Notes: a model not told the origin generated them from the sequence alone. DNA of 64,000 nucleotides from Alphaproteobacteria bacterium (GCA_964291215.2 OZ219791.1:3072001-3136000); one strand, 5' to 3'; shown: positions 1 to 10,736, counted from the stretch's first letter. Numbers and translations: made by a program.

Positions 1-383
1 AAATCCCTTGCCTCGCGGGCCGACCAGATGTCGAGCAGGCCTGGCGACCGGCCGGCGCCACGGGAATCGACGCGGACCACGGCATAGCCGTCCGGCACCC
101 ACTTCTCGGGATCGACAACTTCCCAGTTCTGATACTGATTGGTCGAACCGGCAACGACATCCGGATGGTCCTCCGCCATGTGGCGCCACTGGTCGGTGTA
201 GAGATCTTCGAAATGGAGAAGTTTGCCATACGGTCCGTAGGAGATGATCACCGGATAGCGGCCATCGTCGAGGGGCCGGTACACATCGCAGCGCAACGCG
301 ATGCCGTCGTCCATGACAATCGGAACGTCCCAGTCAATGTGCATGCCATCCCGTACCTCGGTCCTGAAATCGCTCATCGTCAT
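1..383 (-). CDS. CocE/NonD family hydrolase (peptidase S15), N-terminal part; runs off the left edge
   Basis: Hand translation of the minus strand (not in ORF track): MTMSDFRTEVRDGMHIDWDVPIVMDDGIALRCDVYRP...YPVIISYGPYGK...WVPDGYAVVRVDSRGAGRSPG, the typical CocE/NonD N-terminus; start at 383 or 377. Confidence 0.85.
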   Translation of the reverse strand, partial: MTMSDFRTEVRDGMHIDWDVPIVMDDGIALRCDVYRPLDDGRYPVIISYGPYGKLLHFEDLYTDQWRHMAEDHPDVVAGSTNQYQNWEVVDPEKWVPDGYAVVRVDSRGAGRSPGLLDIWSAREARD

Positions 384-517
384 CTCCCGCATCGACCCGT
401 CTTCGCCACGGCGCCGCAACGGGCGTTTCCCGCTCGGCAGTGCTGGTCCGATTTGCCCAAAATTCTCGGATTGTATAATAATTTGACAATAGGAAACCTT
501 CAAGTGGTGAGGGAGCC

Positions 518-1252
518 ATGGCGTGCAGGACTGTAGAAGTACTTGACCGCTCCGACATGGTCGGGAAGATGACCGGAATGCTCGCGCTCAGGCCGGGGGC
601 AACGGCCATCGTCACCGTCGACATGCATCGCGGCCATCTGGATCCGGAGGTGGCCACCATGCCGGCGGCGGCGGAAGACTGCGAACGCGTCATTGCCAAC
701 GCGCGGGAGGTGCTGGACATTGCGCGCAGCCACGGCATGGCGGTCATTCACGTCATTCTCGTCTACCGCAAGATCCCGGGTCTTGGCAGCGAGGGCATGA
801 CGGCGCCTTTCTGGGCCGCGATGTCCGAGATCACGGACGAGGAAAACCGGCTGACGCTCGGCCGCAAGTGCACCGTCAATGACCACAACATCGAAGGGAG
901 CCCGGGCACAGAGATTATTCCGGAGCTCTATCGCGATACCGATTACGTCATCGACAACAAGAAGCGGCTGGACTGCTTCATGGGCACCGATCTCGAGATG
1001 CTGCTCGAGAATATCGGGGTCAAGAATGTCTGCCTGATGGGAATCAACACCAACACCTGCGTCCTCAATACGGCGTTCACGGCCCACAACAAGAACTATG
1101 CAACGGTCGTTCTCTCGGATTGCGTTGCCAGCATGTATGGCGACGACCTTCACGAGTTTGGCCTGCAGAATGTCATGCGCTGCCTTGGATGGGTGCTGGA
1201 TAACGAACAGTTCCGCGAAAAAGTCGAGGAGGGCCGCAAGTCCAACAGCTGA
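518..1252 (+). CDS. Isochorismatase-family cysteine hydrolase (amidase-like)
   Basis: Asp-Lys-Cys triad context: VTVDMH, KKRLDCF, GINTNTCV; SD-like GGGAG upstream. Confidence 0.85.
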   Translation: MACRTVEVLDRSDMVGKMTGMLALRPGATAIVTVDMHRGHLDPEVATMPAAAEDCERVIANAREVLDIARSHGMAVIHVILVYRKIPGLGSEGMTAPFWAAMSEITDEENRLTLGRKCTVNDHNIEGSPGTEIIPELYRDTDYVIDNKKRLDCFMGTDLEMLLENIGVKNVCLMGINTNTCVLNTAFTAHNKNYATVVLSDCVASMYGDDLHEFGLQNVMRCLGWVLDNEQFREKVEEGRKSNS

Positions 1253-1335
1253 CGGCGCGGCATGCTCGCAGCCCGTGCCCGTCGGCGCGAGACTTGCAAT
1301 TCCGGCGCGGCAATGCAGACTTTGAACGTTCGACG

Positions 1336-2097
1336 ATGACCACACCCTCGGGGGCGCGGCCCAAGTTTGTGCAGGTTTCGCGGACCGTCCCGGAGGATGA
1401 AGGCTTGGACTGCGTGAAGGGCGCAACGTTGGAAACAGAAGCGAAGCGGACGCTCCGAAGCCTGCCGGAGTCGTGGTCGGAAAACTCGATCGGTTCCCGG
1501 ATACGGCAAGTGCGCAAAGTTTTCGGAATGACTCTTGCGGAGGTGTCGACGGCGACAGGGCTCTCGGTCTCGGCGCTTTCCAAGATCGAGAACGATCAGA
1601 TTTCCCCGACCTTTTCCAGCTTGATGAGACTCGTCGAAGGCCTTGGGCTGTCTCTCGGCGACCTCGTGTCGCTGGACAGTCACGACCGTTCGACCGAGGC
1701 CAGGATGACAGTCACCCGTGCCGGAGATGCGCGGTACCGGTCGACGCCCAGCTACGATATTTGGCCGCTCTGTGGCGACATCCAGCACAAGCGCATGACG
1801 CCGATGGTCGAGCGGGTTCGAAACCGCGATCCGACTAGCGGCGACGGCCTGCTCAGCCATTCGGGGGAAGAGTTCGTCTATGTCCTCAGGGGCGAGATCG
1901 AAGTCCATACGCAGCACTACGAGCCTGTCCGCCTCGGCGTTGGCGACTCGGTCTATCTCGACAGCCGCATGGCGCATACCTATACGACGGTCAGCGACGA
2001 CGAGGCCGAGATCCTGATGATCTGGCTCAGCCCGCCGGCGCAGTCGAGCCGCGACAACCTCGAAATGGCCGAAGCGCTGCTGGCGCGAAAAGTCTGA
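1336..2097 (+). CDS. XRE-family HTH + cupin transcriptional regulator
   Basis: IGSRIRQVRK..GMTLAEVSTATGLSVSALSKIENDQISPT (HTH_3) and HSGEEFVYVLRGEI...GDSVYLDSRMAH (cupin); start uncertain. Confidence 0.85.
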   Translation: MTTPSGARPKFVQVSRTVPEDEGLDCVKGATLETEAKRTLRSLPESWSENSIGSRIRQVRKVFGMTLAEVSTATGLSVSALSKIENDQISPTFSSLMRLVEGLGLSLGDLVSLDSHDRSTEARMTVTRAGDARYRSTPSYDIWPLCGDIQHKRMTPMVERVRNRDPTSGDGLLSHSGEEFVYVLRGEIEVHTQHYEPVRLGVGDSVYLDSRMAHTYTTVSDDEAEILMIWLSPPAQSSRDNLEMAEALLARKV

Positions 2098-2239
2098 TCC
2101 TCACGGGAAGCCGGTCTCGGGCCTGGCATGGCAGCAGATCGGTTTCGGGGCGAGGCGCAGCCGAGCAGTATGATATCGGCAATGGCCAGGAAGGCGCTTG
2201 CGCCATGGGAAAGTACTCAATGAGGAAGGTGTCGTCCGA

Positions 2240-2307
2240 GGGTGGTGTACTTGGTGTTGATATCGTGGGGCAGGGTGAACACGATATGCCAGTAGCCGAT
2301 GTCGAGG
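2240..2307 (-). pseudogene. Tiny IS91-family transposase remnant
   Basis: Minus strand reads LDIGYWHIVFTLPHDIN, matching the IS91 HxVFTLP motif; cut by the ISAs1 end at 2308. Confidence 0.4.
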
Positions 2308-3460
2308 CAAGGTGATCTCATGCTTGTTGATGTGATGTGATCGGAGTCCTGATCGCGGCGCGGGTCGACGCGTTCGAGTCTGCGATTTCGAGATTTGCTG
2401 ACGCGCTGTTGCGGCGCGGGGCGCGATTGGTCGGCTGCGGCGTATCCGGGGCGAGCGAGAGGCCTGCCGGGTCTTGTGATTGCGTGCAGGACCTGCTTGC
2501 GCTTGTCCGCATGGTGGTGACGCGGAAGATCTGCTTGACATAGTTGATCATCTTCGCCAGCGGGGTGAAGACCTCGATGGTGCGCTGGCGGCCATGCGCG
2601 GGCTTTGTAGCGTCCCGTGCTCGCGGTCTTCCAGTTGATGCTCTCGAAGGTGCGTTGCCCTTGACCATCAGTCCGCGCGATGGGTCTCGACGATCAGCCT
2701 CGCGGGTGGTGTGGAGCGCGTCGAGGGTGAGCAGACGGCCGTCGCGGCGTGGACGGCAGCGATCTCCCCGTCGTGACAGTTGAGGATCGAATACCGGCCA
2801 GCGAGGCCGTCTCGTAATGATCCTCGCCGGTGCGCTTGCCGTCGACCGCGTTGCCGACCTGCGGCTGCGCGCCGCATCCTCGATCCATCCCGGGTCGGTG
2901 TTCTGCAGCACCCGGTGCACGGTGGAGACCGGCTTGTCCCTGTTCTTCCATGCTGCTCCAGCTCCTTCTGCGTCGTAGTGCGCCGCCGCAACCGTGCCGG
3001 TTCGCAAGCCAGCAAAATCACGCACAGCACCGAGGCGATGCCCCTGCGCGCGCCGGAAAGCGCCGCTGATAAATCGAGCGCAACTCCTGCGCCGACCAGC
3101 GGCGCCCGCAACTCCCACGCCGCAGGAAGCGGCGAACGATCTCGCGTCACGACGCAGCGGAAACACGTAAGGATCCTTCGCCTCCCTGGTCGGCGCCCGC
3201 TGGCGCGCGCATGGCTCCTGCCAACGCCCTCCCGGTTCGCCGCCTTGTACATGGTGCCGCTGAACTTCGTCGGCGAGACAAACTTCTCCGCAACAAGCAA
3301 CGGCAGCCTCCCGGTCGCCGCCGCACCATCCGCGACAACGCAAACGAGGCCCGGAAACGACCACCAGGAACAACAAACCTCGTGTTGTTCCCGGCAACCG
3401 CCTGAACTGTTCCTCGCGGCGCCAGCCAATCCAATGGTCTCGCGGCGCGCAGCTGAGGGG
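2308..3460 (-). mobile_element. Degenerate ISAs1-family element with N-terminal DUF4338 (DruA-like) domain, copy 1
   Basis: Frameshifted pieces RDHWIGWRREEQFRRL, NNTRF, LLVAEKFVSPTKFSGTMYKAAN (DUF4338) and LLTLDALHTTRE..LMVKGNAP, AHGR (ISAs1 DDE); CAAGG-type end at 2308; near-identical to 40330-41870. Confidence 0.75.
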
Positions 3461-3790
3461 ATTACGCAACCTGATGTCTGGAAATTGTCGTGAAGCTGAT
3501 CGAGCTGTTCCCATTTGATCTTGGTTTCGGTTTCCCATTTTTCGTCGATGAGGACTGCGGTTGAGAGGCGCTCCAACGAGGCGAGGTTCGGAAAGACCCT
3601 GACTTTGTAGGTGCGCCGCTTGAGCTCTTGCTGGATCGGTCGCTCGATGCCGTTCGAGGTTCGCATACGTTTGCGGTGAGCATCGGGCAAGGTGAAGACA
3701 GTGAGCCCCGCATTGTTTTCCAGCCAGGAAGTCTGGATGCTTGTCGCTGGCCACGAGGGCGCCAGTTCAGCCTCGACGGTTTGGAGAAAA
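3461..3790 (-). mobile_element. IS256-family transposase 3' fragment with right end
   Basis: WLENN..GLTVFTLPDAHRKRMRTSNGIERPIQQELKRRTYKVRVFPNLASLERL; same end (ATTACGCAACCTGATGTCTGGAAATT) as 62601. Confidence 0.85.
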
Positions 3791-4075
3791 GTCGCCTGCA
3801 GGTACGGCGGATCACTGCAGACCAGTTCCGTGCCCCGGAACGCAAAGCCGGCCAGGAACGCGTGGGCGCAGCCGTGGATCAGTTTCACCGGATAGTCGCA
3901 CCCGAACCCGTCCGGCGCTCCCGGTCGATCCCGATCGAGCACGGCGCCGGCGCCTTGCGCTTCATCAGCGCGCCGCCTCCCGGGTGCGTTTCCACATACA
4001 GATCATGCGGGAGCTGGAGCCCCGGAAGCAGCCGGCACAGCCCGCTCGTCGCCCTGGATCCAAAGTAGCCCGCTG
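3791..4075 (-). pseudogene. Small Dam/D12-class DNA adenine methyltransferase fragment
   Basis: GYFGSRATSGLC..PHDLYVETHPGGGALM..SIGIDRD then (frameshift) ELVCSDPPYL; joined directly to IS256 sequence. Confidence 0.7.
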
Positions 4076-4419
4076 GCGGTTCCCGTCGTTCTCGATGACC
4101 ACCACTGAACAAATCGGTCTCCCGTGTCAAATCTCCACGAAAACCCGTTCGTTGCTCTACCCCGACATCAGGCCGGAACCGGGGGGGTGAGCAGTTACCC
4201 GGACGCGCACGATCTTCTCCGGAACCGGCCTCCGCATGGTCTACGAACTGCCAGACAACGCACGCAAACTCGGTCCAGAAGTATCACTCTGATTGGAAAA
4301 ACTCGAAGCCGAGGTCAGGACGTCTGAAATTGCCGATTTGGAAATACTGGCGGTGCTTGCTCTCTGTGTGTCGACTCCTCCACTTGGCATAAAGGGTAGT
4401 TGTGGAGAGAGCCGGCGGT

Positions 4420-6756
4420 CTAGGACGCGTCCGTTGCGGCGTCGATGAGCCTGCAGAGTTCTTCGGGACTGACGGGATAGGAATCGATGACTACGTCGAA
4501 AGGCTCCAGCGCGTTCTCGATCGCGGCGACGATGGCCGACGCGGCCGGGATCGTGCCCCCTTCGCCAGCACCCTTGACGCCCAGCGGGTTGAACGGTGAC
4601 GGAGTTTCCTGGTGAGCGATCGCAATTCTCGGCATCTCGGAAGCTAGCGGCAGCAGGTATTCGCCGTAGTTGGTGTTGAGCGGTTGTCCCGACCCGTCGT
4701 AATGCATGCGTTCGAACAGTGCGTTGCCGATGCCGTGCACGACGCCGCCAACGATCTGACCATCCACCATCTTCGGATTGATGATCCGTCCGCAGTCATG
4801 TCCGACCGAGTATGCGAGTAACTGCACTTCGCCGGTTCCGATATCGACCTCGACCTCGGCCACGTTCGAGCCCGAGGCAGTCGGCATGCCCTCCGGGCTC
4901 CGGTACGAGGTTGCTTCGAGGCCCGGCGAGAAGCCGTCCGGAACCTTGCCCGCGACCAGCGGCGCCAGTTGTTTGGCGAGGGCGCCGTAGGTGGTGTTGA
5001 CGTCAGGAACTCCGGTGACGCTGATAACACCACCCTCGACGACGAGGTCTTCAATCGAAGCCTCGAGAACCTCGGCGGCGAGTTTGAGGGCCTTGTCCCT
5101 GACTTCGTTGGCAGCCGTGAATATGGCGGTGCTGGCGTTGACCGCGACACGGCTTCCGATGGTGCCCACGCCCTGCGGAAAGGCTCCGGTGTCGGCCGAG
5201 AGCACGTAGATGTCGTCGATGCTGACATCGAGGCTGTCCGCGCACACCTGGGCCAACATCGTCGCATGCCCCTGCCCCTGGCTGGCGGCACTGGTCTGGA
5301 TGAGCACCTTTCCGTCAGGCTGGATGCGGACCGTACCGCCCTCGTAGGGGCCGACGCCGGTATCCTCAATGCAGCTCGAGACGCCGATGCCGAGATAGCG
5401 CCCTTCCGCCCGGGCGGCCTGCTGGCGTGCCTGGAAACCATCATACTCCGCAAGCGTCAGCGCCTTGTCGAGGCAGCCGCCGAAGTCTCCGCTGTCATAC
5501 TTGATCGGTGATCCGTCGCGGAATTTCTGGCCGGTGTCGTAGGGGAACTGATCCGGTTTCACATAGTTGCGCCGGCGAATCTCGGCCTGATTGATGCCAA
5601 GCTCCCGGCTGATCCGGCTGATCAGTCGTTCCATCGCGAAAGCCGCGTTGGGCCGCCCGGCGCCGCGGATCGGGGAGTTCGGGGTCGTGTTGGTGAAGAC
5701 CACCTCCATGGCGACATCAAGCGCCGGCATCGCGTAGGGGCCGGGCAGGGGAGAGAGCGAAGTCATGGGGAGCAGCAGGCCGTACGGTACAAAAGCTCCG
5801 TTGTCGTGGATCACCTGGCCGCGTGCGCCGAGCAGCCTGCCCTCGTCATCGACCGCGGCCTCAAGCTCCCAAGACTGGTCGCGCTGTGTGTTGGTCGTGA
5901 CGAAGTGCTCGCGCCGGTCTTCTATCCATTTCACCGGCCGTCCGAGACGCGAGGCGACCAGCGGGATCACGATCTCTTCGGCATAGACACCGGCCTTGGG
6001 GCCAAAGCCGCCGCCGACATCCGGAGCTACCACCCGTACCCGGCCTTCATCCCGGTCAAGATACGCGGCAACGTTGCGGCGCACTAGGTACGGACACTGC
6101 GTTGCCGAGATGATCGTCAGCCCGTCCTGGTGGGGATGGTCTTCCGCGATCACGCCCCTGCATTCCATGGCATGGCAGCCGCCGCGATGCTGGAGAAAGC
6201 GCTCCGTGAAGACATGGGCCGCGTCAGCGAAGGCCTTGTCGACATCGCCGAAGGCCACGCGAAGGCTGGCGACGACATTGTCCGGCGTGCCGGAATGCAC
6301 GAGCGCTGCCCCCGGCGCTGCTGCTTCGCGGCAGTCGACGATTGCCGGCAGCGGCTCGTAATCGACGTCGACAAGAGCGGCCGCATCCTCGGCCACGTGC
6401 CTGGAGTCCGCAACCACGACGGCGACAGCCTGGCCGACATGGCAAACCTCGTCTGCCGCGAGCGGGTACTGCGTGATCGACTGCTTGAGTATCGGCGCGG
6501 GATAGGGCTGCAGCATCGGTCTTTCGCTGAACGGCGGACCGAGATCTGCAAGCGTGAACACGCCGTGCACACCGTTCACTGCAGCCGCAGCCGCGACATC
6601 GACGCTGCGGATGCGCGCGTGCGCCTGCGTCGAGCGGACGAAGTAGGCTTCGAGCATGCTCGGCAGGACAATGTCGTCGACATAGCGTCCGCGTCCGGTC
6701 AGCAGGACAGGATCTTCCAGCCGCTGCACCTCTGCACCGAAATACCTAACACCCAT
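4420..6756 (-). CDS. Xanthine dehydrogenase-family molybdopterin-binding large subunit (CoxL/CutL-like)
   Basis: VGGGFGPK, PIRGAGRP, SQGQGHAT, GSR, GGVVHGIG, KGAGEGG motifs; likely start MGVRYFG. Confidence 0.92.
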   Translation of the reverse strand: MGVRYFGAEVQRLEDPVLLTGRGRYVDDIVLPSMLEAYFVRSTQAHARIRSVDVAAAAAVNGVHGVFTLADLGPPFSERPMLQPYPAPILKQSITQYPLAADEVCHVGQAVAVVVADSRHVAEDAAALVDVDYEPLPAIVDCREAAAPGAALVHSGTPDNVVASLRVAFGDVDKAFADAAHVFTERFLQHRGGCHAMECRGVIAEDHPHQDGLTIISATQCPYLVRRNVAAYLDRDEGRVRVVAPDVGGGFGPKAGVYAEEIVIPLVASRLGRPVKWIEDRREHFVTTNTQRDQSWELEAAVDDEGRLLGARGQVIHDNGAFVPYGLLLPMTSLSPLPGPYAMPALDVAMEVVFTNTTPNSPIRGAGRPNAAFAMERLISRISRELGINQAEIRRRNYVKPDQFPYDTGQKFRDGSPIKYDSGDFGGCLDKALTLAEYDGFQARQQAARAEGRYLGIGVSSCIEDTGVGPYEGGTVRIQPDGKVLIQTSAASQGQGHATMLAQVCADSLDVSIDDIYVLSADTGAFPQGVGTIGSRVAVNASTAIFTAANEVRDKALKLAAEVLEASIEDLVVEGGVISVTGVPDVNTTYGALAKQLAPLVAGKVPDGFSPGLEATSYRSPEGMPTASGSNVAEVEVDIGTGEVQLLAYSVGHDCGRIINPKMVDGQIVGGVVHGIGNALFERMHYDGSGQPLNTNYGEYLLPLASEMPRIAIAHQETPSPFNPLGVKGAGEGGTIPAASAIVAAIENALEPFDVVIDSYPVSPEELCRLIDAATDAS

Positions 6757-7252
6757 CGTCTGCGTTCCCTTGTTCCGACCGGACTGCCCGCGCCGCGTCG
6801 AGGGCCGCATCCACGATTGGCTGATAGCCGGTGCAACGGCAGATGTTCCCCGAAAGCGCTTCGCGGACAGCCCGTTCCGAAGGATCGGGATTGTTGCTCA
6901 GGAAAGCGGTCAGCGACGTGAGGACACCGGGCGTGCAGAAGCCGCACTGCAGGGCGTGATGGGTACGGAACGCCTCCTGGAGAGGAGACAGCGTTCCGTC
7001 GGCTGCGGCCAACCCCTCGATTGTCGTCACCTCGGTGCCGTCTGCCTGCGCCGCCAGCATCAGGCAGGAGCGGACAGCCTCGCCGTCGACCAGGACCGTG
7101 CAGGCGCCGCAGGCGCCATGCTCGCAGCCGAGGTGGGTTCCCGTCAGTCCGAGAACGTTCCGGAGCAGATCGCCGAGATGCAGCCGGGACTCGATCTCGG
7201 TTTCATGGCGCCGGCCGTTGACATCAACGATGATGCGGCGTGTGCTTGTCAT
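6746..7252 (-). CDS. (2Fe-2S) small subunit of Mo-hydroxylase (CoxS-like)
   Basis: GCEHGACGACT..SCL and QCGFCTPG..NICRCTGY. Confidence 0.93.
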   Translation of the reverse strand: MTSTRRIIVDVNGRRHETEIESRLHLGDLLRNVLGLTGTHLGCEHGACGACTVLVDGEAVRSCLMLAAQADGTEVTTIEGLAAADGTLSPLQEAFRTHHALQCGFCTPGVLTSLTAFLSNNPDPSERAVREALSGNICRCTGYQPIVDAALDAARAVRSEQGNADDGC

Positions 7253-7253
7253 G

Positions 7254-8120
7254 TCAGCCTGTCCTCCTGGCCCGGCCCGCAGCCTTCTGCAACGCCCGTT
7301 CGACCAGCACCCGCGTCAGGCGCCGGCGATAGGCGGCGCTGACATAGGCGTCGTCGATGGTTTCGATCCCGGCGGTGTCCGCGGCCGCGGCAGCGAAGGT
7401 CTCCGGTGTCGGGGGTTCACCCGCAAGCGCGGCTTCGATCTCCGTCAACCGCAGCGGCCGTGGACCGGCACCGGCCACGGCGAGAGAGGCGCGCGCGATC
7501 CTCGCGCCGTCGAGCGACACCAGCGCGGCGACGCCGATGATGGCGAAGTCGCCGTGGCGGCGGGCGAATTCGACATGGGCCTGCCCGCCGAGAGCTGCGG
7601 ATTTCGGAAACTCGATGGCGGCCAGGATCTCGTCGGGCCCAAGGTTGGGAGTCATGTAGGCTAGCGGCCAGTCGGCCATCGCCATGCGGCGCTCGCCGGC
7701 CGGGCCCCGGACGACCATCGTTGCGTCGACAGCGGCGGCGATGCAGGGAAGTTCGGCCGACGGGTCGAGGTGGCACAGGCTGCCGCCGATGGTTCCGCGG
7801 TTGCGGGTCTGAAAATGACCGACGAGGGCGAGCGCCTCGGCGACGAGGGGGAAGTGCTTGGCAAGTGGCGCCGAGCCCATGAGCGTCTTCTGGCGGGTCA
7901 TGGCGCCGATCCGGATGCGGTTGCCGGCATTATCTATCCCGGCCAGTTCCGGAATCTCGTTCAGGTCGACGACATGGTCCGGCATCACGTAGCGCATGTT
8001 CAGCATGGGTACCAGCGATTGCCCGCCGGCGAGGAGCTTGGTGTTTTCAAGCTTCGCCACCAAGGCGCACAACTCGTCGACTGATGACGGGCAGTGATAG
8101 GAGAACGGTGCCGCCTTCAT
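7254..8120 (-). CDS. FAD-binding medium subunit of Mo-hydroxylase (CoxM-like)
   Basis: LAGGQSLVPMLNMR, RNRGTIGGSLCHLDPSAE, ARRHGDFA. Confidence 0.93.
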   Translation of the reverse strand: MKAAPFSYHCPSSVDELCALVAKLENTKLLAGGQSLVPMLNMRYVMPDHVVDLNEIPELAGIDNAGNRIRIGAMTRQKTLMGSAPLAKHFPLVAEALALVGHFQTRNRGTIGGSLCHLDPSAELPCIAAAVDATMVVRGPAGERRMAMADWPLAYMTPNLGPDEILAAIEFPKSAALGGQAHVEFARRHGDFAIIGVAALVSLDGARIARASLAVAGAGPRPLRLTEIEAALAGEPPTPETFAAAAADTAGIETIDDAYVSAAYRRRLTRVLVERALQKAAGRARRTG

Positions 8121-8252
8121 GGATGCGCCCCCAGGTTAGCGATTTTCCCAAACCGCAAAATTTTTCTGATAGTGGAATTTGATTTGCAGTCGGCAGATTC
8201 CCCTGTATTCTAAACGGATGCTGAAGCAGCGCAAACGATGGAGGACGAAGGG

Positions 8253-9692
8253 ATGACTGAGTTTACCAGAAGAAGCGTTGTCAAGGGCGGGCTGAGCATC
8301 GCCTCGCTGAGCGCCTTGCCCTTGAGCCTGCCAGGGCTCGCGCATGCGGCCGACGAGAACGCCGCGATCATTGCGGCGGCCAAGAAGGCCGGCGGCGGCG
8401 GCCTCAAGGGAATGATCTGGTCCAACTACTATGTCGCGATGACGCCGGCGATGAACCGCTTCAAGGAAGCGACGGGCATCGGCGTCGGCAGTATCCAGGA
8501 CATCTCGATCTTCGTCATTCCCCAGCGAGCGATGGCCGAGGCGCTGTCGCGTTCGCCGGAGTTCGACTTTTTCCACGTCGATTCGAACATGATCCCGTCC
8601 CTTGCGTCCGCGGGCCTGCTCGAGCCTCTCGACGACTACATGAAGAAAGCGAACTTCAGCATCAACGCCGTGGGCACCTACGGGAACTTCATGCGCTACA
8701 AGGGCAAGACCTACGGGATGCCGACCGACGGCAACGTGCATGTCCAGTTCACGCGCAAGGACCTGATGGAGAATCCGGACGAGCAGAAACGGTTCGCCGA
8801 CAAGCACGGCAAGAAGCTCGACTATCCGGTGACCTGGGAAGACGACCAGCAGCTGATGGAGTTCTTCCACCGCCCCGATCAGGATCTCTACGGCTCGGCC
8901 AACCTGCGCAACCGTGCCAATGGTGTTACCTGGTGGTACATGTACTTCTATTCTGCCGGCGGCTTCCCGTTCGACGACGACATGAACCCGACCCTGGACA
9001 CGCCGGCCGGCCGCTACGCGGTCGAGACCTATCTCAACGTCAAGAAGGTCTCCCACCCCGAGGCGCCTGGCTGGGGCACGCCGCAGATGATTCCCAGGAT
9101 CACCGGCGGCAAGGCCTACGCTTGTCAGTATTGGGACGGCATCATCGCGCTGAACGAGAATCCGAAGAAGTCGAAGACCGCGGGCATGTGGCACTACGGG
9201 CTTGCCCCTGGCTCGAAGTTCTCGGGCAAGCTGATGCACCGCTCGATTTCCTCGCCGCTCGGGGCGATTCTCGTCAACCGCCACTCGAAGAACAAGGAAA
9301 AGGCAGCCTATCTTGCGCTGTGGTGGAGCACGCTCAAGAACTCCGAGGAAATCGTGGGTGACCGCGTCAACACGTTCCACGATCCCTGGCACACGGGCCA
9401 CATGACCAGCGATGTCGTGAAGACGGCCTACACGCCGGGCGGCATCAGCGCGATTGAGACCTGCCTCAAGGTCGCGTCTCCGCCGATCTACCTCACGGGC
9501 TATCTCGAGTTCCAGGACCAGCTCGCGAAGAACCTCTCCGAAGCCTATGTCGGGCAGAAGAAAGCCGACGCCGTGCTCAAGGACACCGAGGCAGCCTGGA
9601 CGAAGATCGTTCGTCGGATCGGCAAGCGCAAGCTCAAGCAGGAGTTGGAGAGCTACAAGGCGGTGTTTCCCAAGATCGATGTGCCGACCTAA
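8253..9692 (+). CDS. ABC transporter substrate-binding protein (CUT1-like), Tat signal
   Basis: TRRSVVKGG twin-arginine leader with AHA cleavage; LLEPLDDY, YGMPTDG, PVTWED; followed by two permeases and ATPase. Confidence 0.88.
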   Translation: MTEFTRRSVVKGGLSIASLSALPLSLPGLAHAADENAAIIAAAKKAGGGGLKGMIWSNYYVAMTPAMNRFKEATGIGVGSIQDISIFVIPQRAMAEALSRSPEFDFFHVDSNMIPSLASAGLLEPLDDYMKKANFSINAVGTYGNFMRYKGKTYGMPTDGNVHVQFTRKDLMENPDEQKRFADKHGKKLDYPVTWEDDQQLMEFFHRPDQDLYGSANLRNRANGVTWWYMYFYSAGGFPFDDDMNPTLDTPAGRYAVETYLNVKKVSHPEAPGWGTPQMIPRITGGKAYACQYWDGIIALNENPKKSKTAGMWHYGLAPGSKFSGKLMHRSISSPLGAILVNRHSKNKEKAAYLALWWSTLKNSEEIVGDRVNTFHDPWHTGHMTSDVVKTAYTPGGISAIETCLKVASPPIYLTGYLEFQDQLAKNLSEAYVGQKKADAVLKDTEAAWTKIVRRIGKRKLKQELESYKAVFPKIDVPT

Positions 9693-9761
9693 GCGTCGGT
9701 ACGCAGGAATCGGCTCTGGAGGTACCCTTGGGCGCCTCCGGATTTGCCGGACCGGGCGGAC

Positions 9762-10736
9762 ATGACGACAGCCGACTCGCGGCCGGGCCGGGCGATGACC
9801 CAGGCCCGGGCCGTCCGCAGGTTCAAGTGGTCGGTCCTCAGCGTGTTCATCGGCCTTATGGTCGTTGTCCTTGGCCCGGTTCTGTTCCTGCAGCTCTATT
9901 TCTCGTTTCACGAATATTCGATCTATCTTGGCAGTTGGTGGGACGCCGAATTCGCGGGATTCGACGTGTTTCGAGAGGTCGTCACCGATCCCCGGCTCGG
10001 CATCGCTATCGTGCGGTCATTGCTGTTCGCCGCCGGTTCGACACTCGGCTGCTTCGTTATCGGGTTTGGCCTTGCGCTTCTGATGTACCGGCCGTTCCGG
10101 GGGCAGGCATTCTTTTACATCGCCTTCATCCTGCCCATGCTCACGGTGCCGATCGTGATCGCCTATACGGGCGAGATGCTGCTCTACCAGAAGGGGCCGA
10201 TAAACGATGTCCTGAGCTGGATTTCGGGGCAGGACGTCAACGTCATCTGGCTCGCGAATCCGCGCATGGCGCTGACCACCGTCATGATCCTCGAGATCTG
10301 GAACTGGGTTCCGTTCTCCTTCATCATCATGATTGCGGGCCTCGCGTCGCTGCCCCAGGAACCCCAGGAAGCGGCCCGGATCCTCGGCGCTTCCAAGTGG
10401 CGGATATTCCTTGAGATCCAGCTGCCGTTGCTACGCCCGGTCATTGTGCTTGCTATCGTCCTGCGCTTTCTGGAGGCAATGGCGGAGTTCCCAAAGGCAT
10501 GGTCGCTGTTCCAGGGCGGTCCCGGCTCGGCGACGGAGACCATTCCGATCTATCTCTACATCACCACCTGGCAGTATTTCGAGGTATCACGCGGCGCCGC
10601 GATGTCCTACGTCGTCATGATGGTGATGATCGCAATCGTGCTTGCTGCGATCTATCTGCTGCGACGCGAGAAGAGGGCGCTTGACCAGATGTACGGCGAC
10701 CCGGTAGCGGTGGCCCAGACGGAGCCGGGCCGGTGA
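9762..10736 (+). CDS. Carbohydrate-type ABC permease
   Basis: Multiple TM segments; EAARILGASKWR EAA loop. Confidence 0.9.
   Translation: MTTADSRPGRAMTQARAVRRFKWSVLSVFIGLMVVVLGPVLFLQLYFSFHEYSIYLGSWWDAEFAGFDVFREVVTDPRLGIAIVRSLLFAAGSTLGCFVIGFGLALLMYRPFRGQAFFYIAFILPMLTVPIVIAYTGEMLLYQKGPINDVLSWISGQDVNVIWLANPRMALTTVMILEIWNWVPFSFIIMIAGLASLPQEPQEAARILGASKWRIFLEIQLPLLRPVIVLAIVLRFLEAMAEFPKAWSLFQGGPGSATETIPIYLYITTWQYFEVSRGAAMSYVVMMVMIAIVLAAIYLLRREKRALDQMYGDPVAVAQTEPGR

Noticed and set aside
4420-8120. Aerobic CO dehydrogenase (coxMSL)
   Set aside because: Lacks the form I AYxCSFR motif and accessory cox genes; generic Mo-hydroxylase.
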